Virus record (IMG/VR): IMGVR_UViG_3300045988_181891
Length of the DNA stretch: 44,845 bases
Source: a virus
Lineage: Duplodnaviria; Heunggongvirae; Uroviricota; Caudoviricetes
Direction: 5' to 3' (one strand)
Positions within the stretch are counted from its first letter, which is position 1. Each line of letters opens with the position of its first letter. The position numbers and the translations under genes are program-made. This document shows, piece by piece, positions 1 to 9,552 of the stretch. The notes below the pieces were generated by a model that had not been told where the DNA came from, did not search any database, and worked only from the letters and a program-made list of their open reading frames with translations.

Positions 1-9
1 TTTATTAAG

Positions 10-45
10 AGCCTCAGATTTCGAAAGATTTCTGAGGCTTTTTTT
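10..45 (+). terminator. Rho-independent terminator-like hairpin ending an upstream plus-strand host gene
   Basis: 9-bp stem AGCCTCAGA (10-18) / TCTGAGGCT (31-39), 12-nt loop, followed by a run of 7 T. Confidence 0.4.
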
Positions 46-46
46 G

Positions 47-117
47 TTTTCACGCGAATTTTGTTTTCTCACGCTGATTGTTTTTTTATGCTGATTTTTT
101 TTTTGTCACGCAGATTT
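47..117 (+). repeat. Four imperfect direct repeats of the form TTTT-CACGC-N-GATT
   Basis: cacgcgaatt / cacgctgatt / atgctgatt / cacgcagatt, each preceded by a T-run. Confidence 0.3.
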
Positions 118-175
118 GGCTTTCCCTTCGGCCGCCGATTTTCAATTCGCAGATGACGCAGATTCTTTTAGCTGT

Positions 176-262
176 TTTTTCCTTTTACCTTTTTACTCTT
201 CTACTCTTTTACTCTTTTACCCTTTTATTCTTTTACCTTTTTACCTTTTTTCTTCTTGATTA
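176..262 (+). repeat. Tandem imperfect T-rich 7-8 nt repeat, (T/C)CTTTTAC units, about 10 copies
   Basis: ccttttacctttttactcttctactcttttactcttttacccttttattcttttacctttttacc read directly; the 61-aa ORF 78..263 is a translation of this low-complexity DNA. Confidence 0.5.
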
Positions 263-351
263 AGGTCAAGACATTTTGTTATAAAGTGTTTAAAAACTTC
301 AAAAAAGCGCTGATAATCAATAGATTACTTGCATATTTCGATTTTTTTTTG

Positions 352-359
352 TACCTTTG
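352..359 (+). promoter_or_regulatory. Bacteroidota-type -7 promoter box TAccTTTG, possibly for the 527..967 gene
   Basis: TACCTTTG inside gtacctttgca; about 170 nt upstream of the ATG, so the assignment is weak. Confidence 0.3.
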
Positions 360-526
360 CAAACGATAAGAATAAGGATAGCATGTTTATGCGTTTTCGC
401 ATAGATTGGTATCCGTTAAGGTATCTAACGGAACTGAGGTGAGCAGCCTTTCTTTTTCTCACAAGTTGCCACCGCGAAATCACTGATGTTGTATTTCAGC
501 TTTTCAGGTTCCATAAAACAAAAAAT

Positions 527-967
527 ATGAAGAGAATAACAATGGTATTGGTCAGCATCTTGGTGCTGGTTATGAAAGTATGTACAGCGTCGGCTGCTAC
601 AAATGGAAATGTATCCTCTACTGATGATTTCGATTGGACTCCAGTGATGGAAGCGATTATCCAGGTAGAGAGTGAGGGTAACCCCAAAGCAAAGAGTGGT
701 AATTCTGTTGGAGTTATGCAGATTACCCCAATCTTGGTGGCAGAGTGTAATGACATCTTGAAGAAAAGAAAAAGTAAGAAGCGTTACACATTAGCAGATA
801 GATATAGTATTTCTAAATCTAAGGAGATGTTTCTCCTGATGCAGTCTGTCCACAATCCTCTTAATAGCATTGAGAAGGCGATTCGTGCCTGGAATGGTGG
901 AAATCACTACAGTGTGAAGAGAACCCAGCGCTATTTTGAGAAGGTCATGAAGCTTTTGAAAAAGTAA
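527..967 (+). CDS. Secreted lytic transglycosylase (SLT-domain) protein, host flank
   Basis: N-terminal signal-like hydrophobic segment; SLT catalytic signature EAIIQVESEGNPKAKSGNSVGVMQITP. Confidence 0.65.
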   Translation: MKRITMVLVSILVLVMKVCTASAATNGNVSSTDDFDWTPVMEAIIQVESEGNPKAKSGNSVGVMQITPILVAECNDILKKRKSKKRYTLADRYSISKSKEMFLLMQSVHNPLNSIEKAIRAWNGGNHYSVKRTQRYFEKVMKLLKK

Positions 968-1173
968 TTGATTTTTGATATGTCCGATCTGTCCCGCTGG
1001 GATAGGTCGGATTTTGTTTTCTGTCTCTTTCTGTTTTTTAGATAGACAACCTTTTATTAGCTATTTGAGGTGATATTTATCATTTATCACTACATTTTTC
1101 TTGTTAAGTGTTAAAACATTGTTAATTAGATAACTTTTTGCTAGAAATATTTGGCGGTTATCGAAAAAAGTTG

Positions 1174-1181
1174 TACCTTTG
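1174..1181 (+). promoter_or_regulatory. -7 promoter box TAccTTTG for the tRNA gene
   Basis: gtacctttgcac about 30 nt upstream of the tRNA 5' end. Confidence 0.45.
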
Positions 1182-1212
1182 CACTCGCAATTCAGAAATG
1201 AGTTGATTATAT

Positions 1213-1288
1213 CGCGGCGTGGAGCAGTTGGTAGCTCGCCAGGCTCATAACCTGGAGGTCGCATGTTCGAGTCTTGCCGCCGCAACCA
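1213..1288 (+). tRNA. tRNA-Met: tRNA-Met (anticodon CAT), initiator-type
   Basis: 76-nt cloverleaf folded by hand: acceptor CGCGGCG/CGCCGCA with C1-A72 mismatch, U8, D-loop AGTTGGTA, anticodon loop CTCATAA, T-loop TTCGAGT, encoded CCA; near-identical in layout to E. coli tRNA-fMet. Confidence 0.85.
1270..1286 (+). repeat. attL core, 17-bp direct repeat AGTCTTGCCGCCGCAAC within the tRNA 3' end
   Basis: Identical 17-mer at 44538..44554; imperfect similarity continues for about 55 bp downstream of both copies (atcgggta..aacattct..atccgatt). Confidence 0.8.
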
Positions 1289-1404
1289 ATATCGGGTAAG
1301 AAGTTGGAAACAACATTCTTATCCGATTTTCCGTTTTGGGGAGGGACGGAAGCGAAATACTTTATTGTTGAATATCATTGGCTGGCAACGGACAATGAAA
1401 AAAA

Positions 1405-2568
1405 ATGACTGCAAAAGAAATTGATTTTTTGAGCTCGCGTGAAATAGTAGGTTTCACGCTGCCTGTGTTGCATACCAAGGGCGGTTACTGGTATGTTGAC
1501 TTTACTGCCTTTGACCCTGTTTCGGGTCGGATGAAGCGCAAGAAATATATGCTTAATAGGTACAAGACTGACCACAAGAAGCGTATGATGGGTACCTTGC
1601 TTATCCACAATATCACGGCAAAATTGACCGCTGGATGGAATCCTTGGGTGAATGCCGACAAGTCGAGACAATTCACCGAAATACCAATTATCTTTAGTCG
1701 TTATCGTGATTATATTAAGTCGATGACCGACAAAAAGTCGATGAAGGAAAAGACCTCTATCGACTACCTCAGCCGCCTCAAGACTCTGGAGTCTTTCATC
1801 ACTGAGTGCAAGAGTGTCAAATATGCCTATCAGATTGACCGTGCCTTCGCCATCGACTTCTTAGACCACCTGATGTATGACCGTGATGTGAGTGCTACCA
1901 CAAGAAACAACTATCGCTCTTGGCTTGTCTCCTTCGGCACTTGGCTTATGGATAGAAAATATATCAGCGAGAACCCTGCCATCGACATCAGAAACATCGC
2001 TCAGAAGGAGAAGTTCAGAGACCCTTTGACCGAGGGCGCGCTTAAGAAGCTGAAGACTTATCTCTATGATAACAACAGACATTTTCTCTTGGCTTGCCTC
2101 TTTGAATATTATACCTTTATCCGACCGAATGAGTTGACGCAGATAAGAATCAAAGATGTGTCGATTGCTGACCAGACGGTCTTTATCAGTTCTGCCATCA
2201 GCAAGAACCGTAAGGACGGACTTGTGGCATTGAACGATGAAATCTTGAAGCTCATGATAGAGCAGAAGATATTTGAGCATCCGGGACATTGTTTTATCTT
2301 TGGCAAGGGGTTGAAGCCTGGTGAGGAGCGAGCACCTTATAACCAACTGAGAGTAGAGTGGGGCAAGATGCGAGATGCTATTGGGTTTCCGAAGGAGTAT
2401 CAGTTTTATAGCCTGAAGGACACTGGCATCAGGGATTTGGCGAACGCACAGGGTATCGTGGTCGCCAAGGATCAGGCACGCCACTCTGATATATCTGTGA
2501 CGAATCGATATATCAAGAACCAGATGAAAGTGAACGAGGAGACCAAGCACTTCAAAGGTGGGCTTTAG
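1405..2568 (+). CDS. int: Tyrosine recombinase (phage integrase), Bacteroidota-type with N-terminal arm-binding domain
   Basis: ATG at 1405; C-terminal catalytic region HxxR...Y (ARHSDISVTNRYI); position directly beside the tRNA attachment site. Confidence 0.9.
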   Translation: MTAKEIDFLSSREIVGFTLPVLHTKGGYWYVDFTAFDPVSGRMKRKKYMLNRYKTDHKKRMMGTLLIHNITAKLTAGWNPWVNADKSRQFTEIPIIFSRYRDYIKSMTDKKSMKEKTSIDYLSRLKTLESFITECKSVKYAYQIDRAFAIDFLDHLMYDRDVSATTRNNYRSWLVSFGTWLMDRKYISENPAIDIRNIAQKEKFRDPLTEGALKKLKTYLYDNNRHFLLACLFEYYTFIRPNELTQIRIKDVSIADQTVFISSAISKNRKDGLVALNDEILKLMIEQKIFEHPGHCFIFGKGLKPGEERAPYNQLRVEWGKMRDAIGFPKEYQFYSLKDTGIRDLANAQGIVVAKDQARHSDISVTNRYIKNQMKVNEETKHFKGGL

Positions 2569-2586
2569 TCTCCTCGATGAGGTGGT

Positions 2587-2632
2587 GTCGTGGCTTCGCT
2601 GGTTTGTGTTTGATGAGTAGCGAAGTTACGAC
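2587..2632. terminator. Possible bidirectional terminator hairpin between convergent integrase and tail genes
   Basis: Imperfect 14-bp inverted repeat gtcgtggcttcgct / agcgaagttacgac with 18-nt loop; no clear T-run. Confidence 0.25.
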
Positions 2633-4524
2633 ATCATATAAAAATATCCTGTATAGATAGGCTCAATCTGGTCATCCTTGACCTCCATCTCTATTTTTTC
2701 GCATACGAATTTTTTGTTGTGTATGATGTATGTGTGAGATGGGTCAGGGATGGTATCAGATTGAAATTTTACCTGAAGGCAGTTTTTGTTGTCTATCTTG
2801 AGACCGCTGTCGTGGAGCTCACCCAAACAGGTTCCTGCTTGCCAAGCCTTGTTTAGGGATAGGGAAGCCATCAGAACGGTTGGAAACGTGCCAATATTGC
2901 CAGGATCGAGCAACTCCATCCTATACATGGAATTGATGCGGCTGTCAGTCATGAACTGCGGCCATCTGGACTTCTCCCCTACCCATGAGACGTTGCCATT
3001 GAGTGGGTGTTCGTATTTTTGAACTTTGCCAGGCACTATGAAAAACACATTCATGCACTCCTGGTCATCCTCGGAATCATCCAAGGTGGACTCATCATCG
3101 ATGGCATCCTGTATGGAGACGTAGTTGTAGCCATCCTCGTCTGTGTCGCTCTCTTTGGCTTCGGCTTCTTTGTCGTTTGGCATAGACAGGAGGCAGCGCC
3201 ATTCGCTGTGTTTACCCTCAAAAAGAAAAGACCTAAAGCTAACATTTTCCACGACCTGTGCTGCTGGGGATATGTTGAGGTCTGTGTAATCATCGGAGGA
3301 GTTATCCCTTATCAGTGGCGACCAGACACCAGCCAACTGCCAGCTCTTGTTGCCGTCGGTATCCTCGACATATATATAATAATCGCTGCCCAGATGACGG
3401 ATGATGGTGGTGCGCTTCTTCTTCTCGGACCATCCACTGGTAGTGGCAGGAAACTGAAAGTTGGTACCAACGGCTGTCTCGAACGAATCGACTATATCGA
3501 AATTATCAAAAACTTTTTTGGGAATGACTTCGTAATCACCTCTGTTGGCTGAGTCGCCTAAGTTGTACTGCAGGTTGGCTGTCGATGAGGTTGAGAACGA
3601 ACCATCGGCATCGTAGTCGGTGGTGTACTCGTCGAGTGTCTCTATCTCTACGGAGTCGGCGGATGATAGCTCTGAGGACTTGATGACCTGACAAGTCTTT
3701 TTGATGTCGTCGAAGTATATGGTGGCGTTGAAGAGCTTGCGGAACTCCTCGATGAAGGTGTAGCTAGTCCAATGAGGAAGGGCACGGCGAAGCTCTAGGG
3801 TCTTGAAGGCGGAGGCGATGTAGAGCAAGTTCCATGGAGAAACATCGAGGTCGTTGCGTGTGAGGGTGTAGCCCTCGTAGGCGATGACTCGCTTGAAGAT
3901 GTACATCAGGTTGGGCTGCACGGCGACGTTGCTGATGTATGGATCTTTGCTGCCTATGAAATTGCCCGTGCGGTCAACGCCCACGAAATTGGCTATCATG
4001 TCGTTGGTCTCGTCTCTGACTGGCATGAAGCACCACTTGCCCTGCTCGCCCAGAAACTTGCTCTGGTCGGCGACGAGCCTATAGACGGATTGAACCTTGG
4101 GGATGTTTTTCCAGCCCTGTGAAAAACCTTTATCTACCGTATAGCCTGGTGCGGATGCCTTGCCGAAGTCTATCTCGTCGATGTAGTGCTTGGTCATCTT
4201 GTCGTTGAACTTGATGCGAGACTTGCCGCCCACTATCTGAAGCTTTATCTCAGAGTCGGTGACGCTGATGATGGTACCCACGCCAGAGAGTACCAGGCGA
4301 CCGCTCACGTAAAGCTTGCAATCGTTGTAGGTCTGGGTGGATTTGGAGACATCGAAGCGGCTCACGTTGTGGAAAACTCGGCGGTTGGGCATTATTGCCA
4401 TGGGGAAATTGATGTCGTAGGAGTATTCGCCATCGTCGGTGACGTATTGGTTGGCGTATGTGAGCTTGATGGATTGGCTGGCAGCCGGATAGGCTGCCAT
4501 GCCATTGATGATGCATGTTATCAT
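2626..4524 (-). CDS. Phage tail protein directly downstream of the tape measure gene (candidate distal tail or receptor-binding protein)
   Basis: 632-aa ORF with ATG at 4524, 33 nt after the TMP stop; call by gene order only. Confidence 0.5.
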   Translation of the reverse strand: MITCIINGMAAYPAASQSIKLTYANQYVTDDGEYSYDINFPMAIMPNRRVFHNVSRFDVSKSTQTYNDCKLYVSGRLVLSGVGTIISVTDSEIKLQIVGGKSRIKFNDKMTKHYIDEIDFGKASAPGYTVDKGFSQGWKNIPKVQSVYRLVADQSKFLGEQGKWCFMPVRDETNDMIANFVGVDRTGNFIGSKDPYISNVAVQPNLMYIFKRVIAYEGYTLTRNDLDVSPWNLLYIASAFKTLELRRALPHWTSYTFIEEFRKLFNATIYFDDIKKTCQVIKSSELSSADSVEIETLDEYTTDYDADGSFSTSSTANLQYNLGDSANRGDYEVIPKKVFDNFDIVDSFETAVGTNFQFPATTSGWSEKKKRTTIIRHLGSDYYIYVEDTDGNKSWQLAGVWSPLIRDNSSDDYTDLNISPAAQVVENVSFRSFLFEGKHSEWRCLLSMPNDKEAEAKESDTDEDGYNYVSIQDAIDDESTLDDSEDDQECMNVFFIVPGKVQKYEHPLNGNVSWVGEKSRWPQFMTDSRINSMYRMELLDPGNIGTFPTVLMASLSLNKAWQAGTCLGELHDSGLKIDNKNCLQVKFQSDTIPDPSHTYIIHNKKFVCEKIEMEVKDDQIEPIYTGYFYMMS

Positions 4525-4557
4525 AAACTTATCATAAATGAGGTTTGATGAAAACCG

Positions 4558-7500
4558 TTATTTGTTTGACTTCATTTTTTGATATTGGCTCCATTGGCGG
4601 TCGAAGCCATCGGGGCCGGTGATGACCACGTATGACTTGATGCCAGCGTTGAGCTGCTCGTTGAGTCTGTCGATGGTGGTATGCACGCTATCGAGGGATG
4701 CGCCCATCTGCTCGGTGTCGCCACCTGAGACGTTGACCACTGGGGCGACCACGGCTGCGCTGCCTGTGCCCATGGCACGGCTCACGTCTTGGGCGGTGAG
4801 CGAGGCGACCGTGTTGTTGCGCTGCGCCATATCGATGAGCTGCAGGGCAGGGAGGAGCTGAGGATTGTTGACGGCGTTGTGGTTGGCGACGAACTCGCCA
4901 GCGTGAACCACGCCAGCCTCTTTCTTGTAATTGCCAGGACCAGTGAAACCACCCTCGTAATAGCCAGCCGCCTCTGCCTGGTGCTGCTTTTTGATTGTTG
5001 CTATCTGGAGCATGCCCGCTGCGGTGGCGAGACCTGCGGCGATAGGACCAAGGATGTGACCCACCACTGGGATGGCTGCGGCTGATGAGTAGGCGTTGAT
5101 GGCAGCCATGGCGGTTGAAGCTATGGCTTGTGCGATCTCTATCTTCATCGCCTTTTTGTTGGCCTTGCTCTTGGCTGCAGCCACCTCTTTGTCTCGCTTC
5201 GCCTCGAGACGCTTTTTCTTGGCTGAGTTGTTGCCAGCGGCAGAAATCTGCTTATCGTAGTTTTTCTCAATCTTGGCGACCTCTAGGTCTGAGCATGCCT
5301 GGGAGTAGGCGGAGGCAGCGCCCATCATCGTGTTGATGCTGCTGAAGGCAGCGCCAGCGATGGAGGCTATCTCTTGATAGGTCTCTTTGTTCATCTGCTT
5401 TTTGGCATCCTGGTATTGCTGCTCGCTGATTTTATCCTCGTCTCGAAGATTTTTGAGGTTATCGTTGACCATCTTTTGCTGTTGGATGGCTGCGATGGCA
5501 CCACCAGCGATTGTGGCGAGGTTGTCGCTGCCCATGGCATTGTTGCTGTCACCATTGCCCTTGGTCATCTTTTTGGCGGTGTCGAGGGCGGTGTTGGCAT
5601 CCTCCTTGCGCTGCTCATCGGCGGTTGGCTTGTATGAGGCGTATTTGTTGGCGATGCCCATCTTTGTGCGCTGGTATTCCTCCTCTCTGATGAGACCTGC
5701 CTTGTAGATGGCTTCGAGTCCCTGCAGATCTAGCTGCATCTGCTCTTCGTTGCCGAGCTTGCCGTATTCTTGGCGCAGCTGAAGGAGTTGCTCGTCGTGC
5801 TGCTTCTGAAGGTCGTATTTGCGTTGCTGTTGGGTCAGCTCTCGCTCTTTCTCGATCTGGGCATACTCGTCAGATGAGGAGAGGTAGAGGGCTTGCTTTT
5901 TGTTGAGATAGTCCTGGTATGAGAGGAAGAGAGCCTCGTTGACGGCATCCTCATTGTGATAGAGGTTGGAGTCTTTGTTGTAGTAATCGGCATTGAGCTT
6001 CATTTCTTTTTTCTGTCGCTCGGTCTCCAGGGCTTCGAGGTCGGCGGTCTGCTTTTTCTCGTAGTCGGCGGCGATATTCTCTTTCTCAGCGTTCAATCGC
6101 TTGAACTCTTCGCTCTCTGCCTCGCCATACTTTTTGAGGATGTCGAGGCGAGCCTGAAGCCCCTGTTCTTTGATATTCTTCATCTTCTCGTTGTATTCGG
6201 CGAGTCGAATCTGACCTGTAGCGTAGAGGGTCTTGGCATCGAGCTCTTCGGCTTGGTTGGCTTTCTTTGCATCGTCTAGCTCTTTTTTCATGTCAGCCTT
6301 GCGCTTAGCCTCTGCCTTGCGAGCGGCAGCCTCACGTTTCTTTTTCTCCTTTTCGGCAGCTTTGCGCTCTTTCTCGGTCATGGTATGACCAGAGGAAGGG
6401 GTGGTGTGTGTCTCTGTAGTTGCGCTATTGTTTAGTAAATTCTTCTTTACAGTCTTGTTGTACTGTTTCTGCAAATTTACGTTTTTCTCTAATTGCTGAT
6501 TATAGAAATTCTCTTCAGCATTGACTTGCTTTTGCAGGCTTAGGTTTGCCTGTAGTCTTTGCGTATGAACTTGCTTTTGCTTCTCGTTACTCTTCAGTGC
6601 CTCGTTTTGTTCGATGAGCTGACCTGTCCATCCATCAGCCACGGCATTGCTCTCATATTGCTTAGGATGAGCCTTGCGCTCAGCATCGACAGCCTTCAGC
6701 GAATATCGTATGCGGCTTTCTTTTTGTTTGAGTTCCAGTTTCTTTTTATTGATTTCCACCTTGCGCTCATAGATGGCTTCTGCCATGGCAGCATTTTCTA
6801 GCTCCTTGATGTAGTTTTGGATGGCAATCTGGTTGTCGTTATACAACTTGCCCTCTTTGGAGATAGAGGCGTGATATTCTGGGACGAGCTTTATCATATT
6901 TGCGATAGCTTGCTTTCGCTCGTCAACGGTATAGGCATTGGAGTGGATAACCTTGTTGAGCATATCGACCTTGTTGCGCTCATCGAGGGTAGCATCAGAC
7001 ACCTTTTTGGCGAGGCTGGCTTGAGCCTCTGCCACTGCTCTGTTGTTTTTAGCCTCTTGCGTGTTGTTGCGCATCGCCTCGTTGTAAGATGTTATGGCTT
7101 TGTATGCCCCATAGGCAGCCACGCCCACCACGGTGATGACTGTGGCGAGGGCAGCCCATGGATTGGTGAGACTTGCTAGGCGTGCTGCCCTCATCACCAC
7201 GATGTAGCCCTGTATGCCTTTTGTGAGATAAGCCCATGTGGCTTGCAGTGCCACTAAGGCAGCACGCAAGAGTGTAGATGTAGCGGTATAAGCTTTATCG
7301 ACAGCTGAAGCGTATTGTACGGCGGCTGTTTTAATCTTAATGGCGATGGTCTCCTTGTACCAGAGAGCAGTACAAACAGCGATGGCTGTTGACAGCACGG
7401 CTATTTGTTTTGCATAGGTGACGGTGAAGGTGATGAGCGTGGACATGACCTTTATGGTCAGACTGAATGATGTGATGCCATATTTCATGGCAGGGATGAG

Positions 7501-8904
7501 TTTTTCTCCGAGTTCGATGGTGAGGTCTTGGAATCGCTTCTTGGCTTTGTCTAGTTCTGCCTGTACCGTTGTATTCTGGGTATTGAACTCATTGATGACA
7601 CTGGTACCGTCGGCATACGACTTGGTGGCGATGTCTTGCGCCTCTTTCACTTGGTCGAGGTGTGTAGCCACGGCGGAGAGAACGCCCACGGCACGGGTGC
7701 CGTTAAGCTGCATCTCCTCAAACATCGGTGCCATCTCGGCGAAACCTCCCTTTGACTTCATCGCTTGCATGAACTTCATCAAGCCCTCATTGGCGTTGGT
7801 CTTCATCAGGTTGGAGAACTCCTTGACCTGCATGCCCGCTATCTTGGCGAACTTGGCTGGCTCTTGGTACATCTTGGTGATGAGCTGTGAGAAGACGGTG
7901 GCGGAAGTCGCCTCCTCTTGCATGTTTTGGTCGAGGGCAGAGGCGAGACCCATCAGCTGTGCCTGGGTCATGCCGGCCTGGATGCCGACACCTGAGAGGT
8001 CGGCGGTGAAATCGACGATGTAGCCAGCGTTTGCAGATGAGCTTTGTGCCAGCTCATTGACGGCGGAACCTGTGGCGAGCATCGCACCACGAAGGCCTTT
8101 GGTCTTATCCTCACCAAACATCTGGGCGAGCTTGCCGATTTTATCGACCGCCCCCTTGCCGAGGTCATCGCCGAGGGTGACATTGATTTTGTCGGCACCA
8201 TCAACGAACTCCTCGATCATCTCTTTGCTGGTGATGCCGAGGCGACCGGCAGAGCCAGCCAGCTCGTTGAGCTGCTCACGAGCTGTGCGGGTATCCATGC
8301 GCTTGAAGTCCTCGTTCATCTGATGAACCTGTTCGTCGGTCTGACCGGTGTATTTGCGCACGTCTGCCATCGACTCCTCCATGTCGGCATAGGCTTGGGC
8401 TGCAGCTCTCAAAGTAAGAGTGAGTGTGGTGAGACTGCCCAGTATCTGGGTGAAGGCACCCCAGTTTTTGTTAAGACCATCCCACATTCTAGAGAACAAA
8501 CTTCTGGAAGCTTTACCTTCGTCGTTGATGTGCTGCATCTCTGCTCGCACTTGCTTTAATTGCTTTTGCAGTTTTTTCCATTCGTCTGAGTTGCGCTTGA
8601 TGGCACCGCTTTTCAACTCTCTGTTGAGAGCCTTGGCGACTAGTTGCAGCTCCTTGTATGATGCAGAAGAAAGATTGTTGAGAACTTGGTTAACCTTCTC
8701 TTGGCTAGTCATGTATGCTTTTGTCTCAGCCTTTAATCTCTTTATCTGTCGTTCGAGGGCTGTTGTTGACTCGCCCTTTGCATAAGCCTCGTCTCTGGCT
8801 TTTTGCACTTCTTTCAGCTTGTTTTGCAATTCGTTGAGTTTATCCTTAGCCTCTTTGGTGTCAAGAATAACTCTGCTAACATGGGTATCTGTATTTGTTG
8901 CCAT
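4558..8904 (-). CDS. Tail tape measure protein
   Basis: 1448 aa; N-terminal TMP-type domain (NELAGSAGRLGITSKEMIEEF...), central hydrophobic helices, long charged coiled-coil regions; own promoter box upstream. Confidence 0.9.
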   Translation of the reverse strand: MATNTDTHVSRVILDTKEAKDKLNELQNKLKEVQKARDEAYAKGESTTALERQIKRLKAETKAYMTSQEKVNQVLNNLSSASYKELQLVAKALNRELKSGAIKRNSDEWKKLQKQLKQVRAEMQHINDEGKASRSLFSRMWDGLNKNWGAFTQILGSLTTLTLTLRAAAQAYADMEESMADVRKYTGQTDEQVHQMNEDFKRMDTRTAREQLNELAGSAGRLGITSKEMIEEFVDGADKINVTLGDDLGKGAVDKIGKLAQMFGEDKTKGLRGAMLATGSAVNELAQSSSANAGYIVDFTADLSGVGIQAGMTQAQLMGLASALDQNMQEEATSATVFSQLITKMYQEPAKFAKIAGMQVKEFSNLMKTNANEGLMKFMQAMKSKGGFAEMAPMFEEMQLNGTRAVGVLSAVATHLDQVKEAQDIATKSYADGTSVINEFNTQNTTVQAELDKAKKRFQDLTIELGEKLIPAMKYGITSFSLTIKVMSTLITFTVTYAKQIAVLSTAIAVCTALWYKETIAIKIKTAAVQYASAVDKAYTATSTLLRAALVALQATWAYLTKGIQGYIVVMRAARLASLTNPWAALATVITVVGVAAYGAYKAITSYNEAMRNNTQEAKNNRAVAEAQASLAKKVSDATLDERNKVDMLNKVIHSNAYTVDERKQAIANMIKLVPEYHASISKEGKLYNDNQIAIQNYIKELENAAMAEAIYERKVEINKKKLELKQKESRIRYSLKAVDAERKAHPKQYESNAVADGWTGQLIEQNEALKSNEKQKQVHTQRLQANLSLQKQVNAEENFYNQQLEKNVNLQKQYNKTVKKNLLNNSATTETHTTPSSGHTMTEKERKAAEKEKKKREAAARKAEAKRKADMKKELDDAKKANQAEELDAKTLYATGQIRLAEYNEKMKNIKEQGLQARLDILKKYGEAESEEFKRLNAEKENIAADYEKKQTADLEALETERQKKEMKLNADYYNKDSNLYHNEDAVNEALFLSYQDYLNKKQALYLSSSDEYAQIEKERELTQQQRKYDLQKQHDEQLLQLRQEYGKLGNEEQMQLDLQGLEAIYKAGLIREEEYQRTKMGIANKYASYKPTADEQRKEDANTALDTAKKMTKGNGDSNNAMGSDNLATIAGGAIAAIQQQKMVNDNLKNLRDEDKISEQQYQDAKKQMNKETYQEIASIAGAAFSSINTMMGAASAYSQACSDLEVAKIEKNYDKQISAAGNNSAKKKRLEAKRDKEVAAAKSKANKKAMKIEIAQAIASTAMAAINAYSSAAAIPVVGHILGPIAAGLATAAGMLQIATIKKQHQAEAAGYYEGGFTGPGNYKKEAGVVHAGEFVANHNAVNNPQLLPALQLIDMAQRNNTVASLTAQDVSRAMGTGSAAVVAPVVNVSGGDTEQMGASLDSVHTTIDRLNEQLNAGIKSYVVITGPDGFDRQWSQYQKMKSNK

Positions 8905-8926
8905 AATTGAATATTTTATTTTATGG

Positions 8927-8934
8927 CAAAGGTA
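8927..8934 (-). promoter_or_regulatory. -7 promoter box TAccTTTG (minus strand) for the TMP gene
   Basis: Plus strand reads caaaggta; about 23 nt upstream of the ATG at 8904. Confidence 0.45.
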
Positions 8935-8950
8935 ATAAGGAGGAAAACAT

Positions 8951-8991
8951 AATAAAAATACGAGACCGTATGTATTGCGGTCTCGTATTTA
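8951..8991 (-). terminator. Rho-independent terminator (minus strand)
   Basis: Perfect 13-bp inverted repeat AAATACGAGACCG / CGGTCTCGTATTT with 9-nt loop, followed on the minus strand by TTTTTATT. Confidence 0.6.
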
Positions 8992-9330
8992 CTTGGTTAT
9001 CTCTTGCTCTTTTTTAAAGAACTCGTATGCAAGATTGTTTGCATCCCAAACAAGATATTTCTTGTTGGTGTTTCTGAGTGTCTGTTTATCACCTGTTATG
9101 GAGTTTGCTATCGTGACGCAGAAGAATCTGCCTCGCTTTACGATTTCGGTTGCCGTATTGTTTGGCGATGCCAGTCTTATAGGCTCGTCAAAATTCTCAT
9201 CAAAAGTATCAAACAATGGTTCGGAAGCCACTGTGGCTGGGCAAGAACTATTGCCAAGCTTGTCGAGACCTTTGAGGAGTGCAACTGTTATAATCGCTAG
9301 TATCCAGCATCCAAATATAGTCGTAATCAT
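8989..9330 (-). CDS. Small membrane-anchored hypothetical protein
   Basis: ATG at 9330 sits 22 nt downstream of a TAaaTTTG box; N-terminal hydrophobic helix; the longer ORF-track start at 9528 runs through AT-rich intergenic DNA. Confidence 0.5.
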   Translation of the reverse strand: MITTIFGCWILAIITVALLKGLDKLGNSSCPATVASEPLFDTFDENFDEPIRLASPNNTATEIVKRGRFFCVTIANSITGDKQTLRNTNKKYLVWDANNLAYEFFKKEQEITK

Positions 9331-9359
9331 AATTTGTAAGTTTATTATTATCTTTGTTG

Positions 9360-9367
9360 CAAATTTA
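9360..9367 (-). promoter_or_regulatory. -7 promoter box TAaaTTTG (minus strand)
   Basis: Plus strand reads caaattta. Confidence 0.4.
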
Positions 9368-9552
9368 ATAATAATATTTGGAATATGCAAGTATTTTGTG
9401 TTAAATCTTTGATTTGTTTTGCGGTATGGTGGAAAAATATTATATTTGCAGTGGCAATTTAATTTTAGAAAGTATGAATAAAGATTTTGCTTTAATATTG
9501 GTAAACATAATATGCGCCTTAACGGCATTTGTTTGTATGATAATCACTATTG

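Noticed and set aside
176-262. Possible CRISPR array
   Set aside because: Units are only 7-8 nt, contiguous, with no spacers and no cas genes; it is a microsatellite-like tract.
78-263. 61-aa plus-strand ORF in the left flank
   Set aside because: It is a translation of the T-rich tandem repeat tract (low-complexity F/L/Y-rich peptide), not a gene.
1061-1285. 74-aa minus-strand ORF overlapping the tRNA-Met gene
   Set aside because: It lies antisense to a well-folded tRNA and its promoter; ORF by chance.
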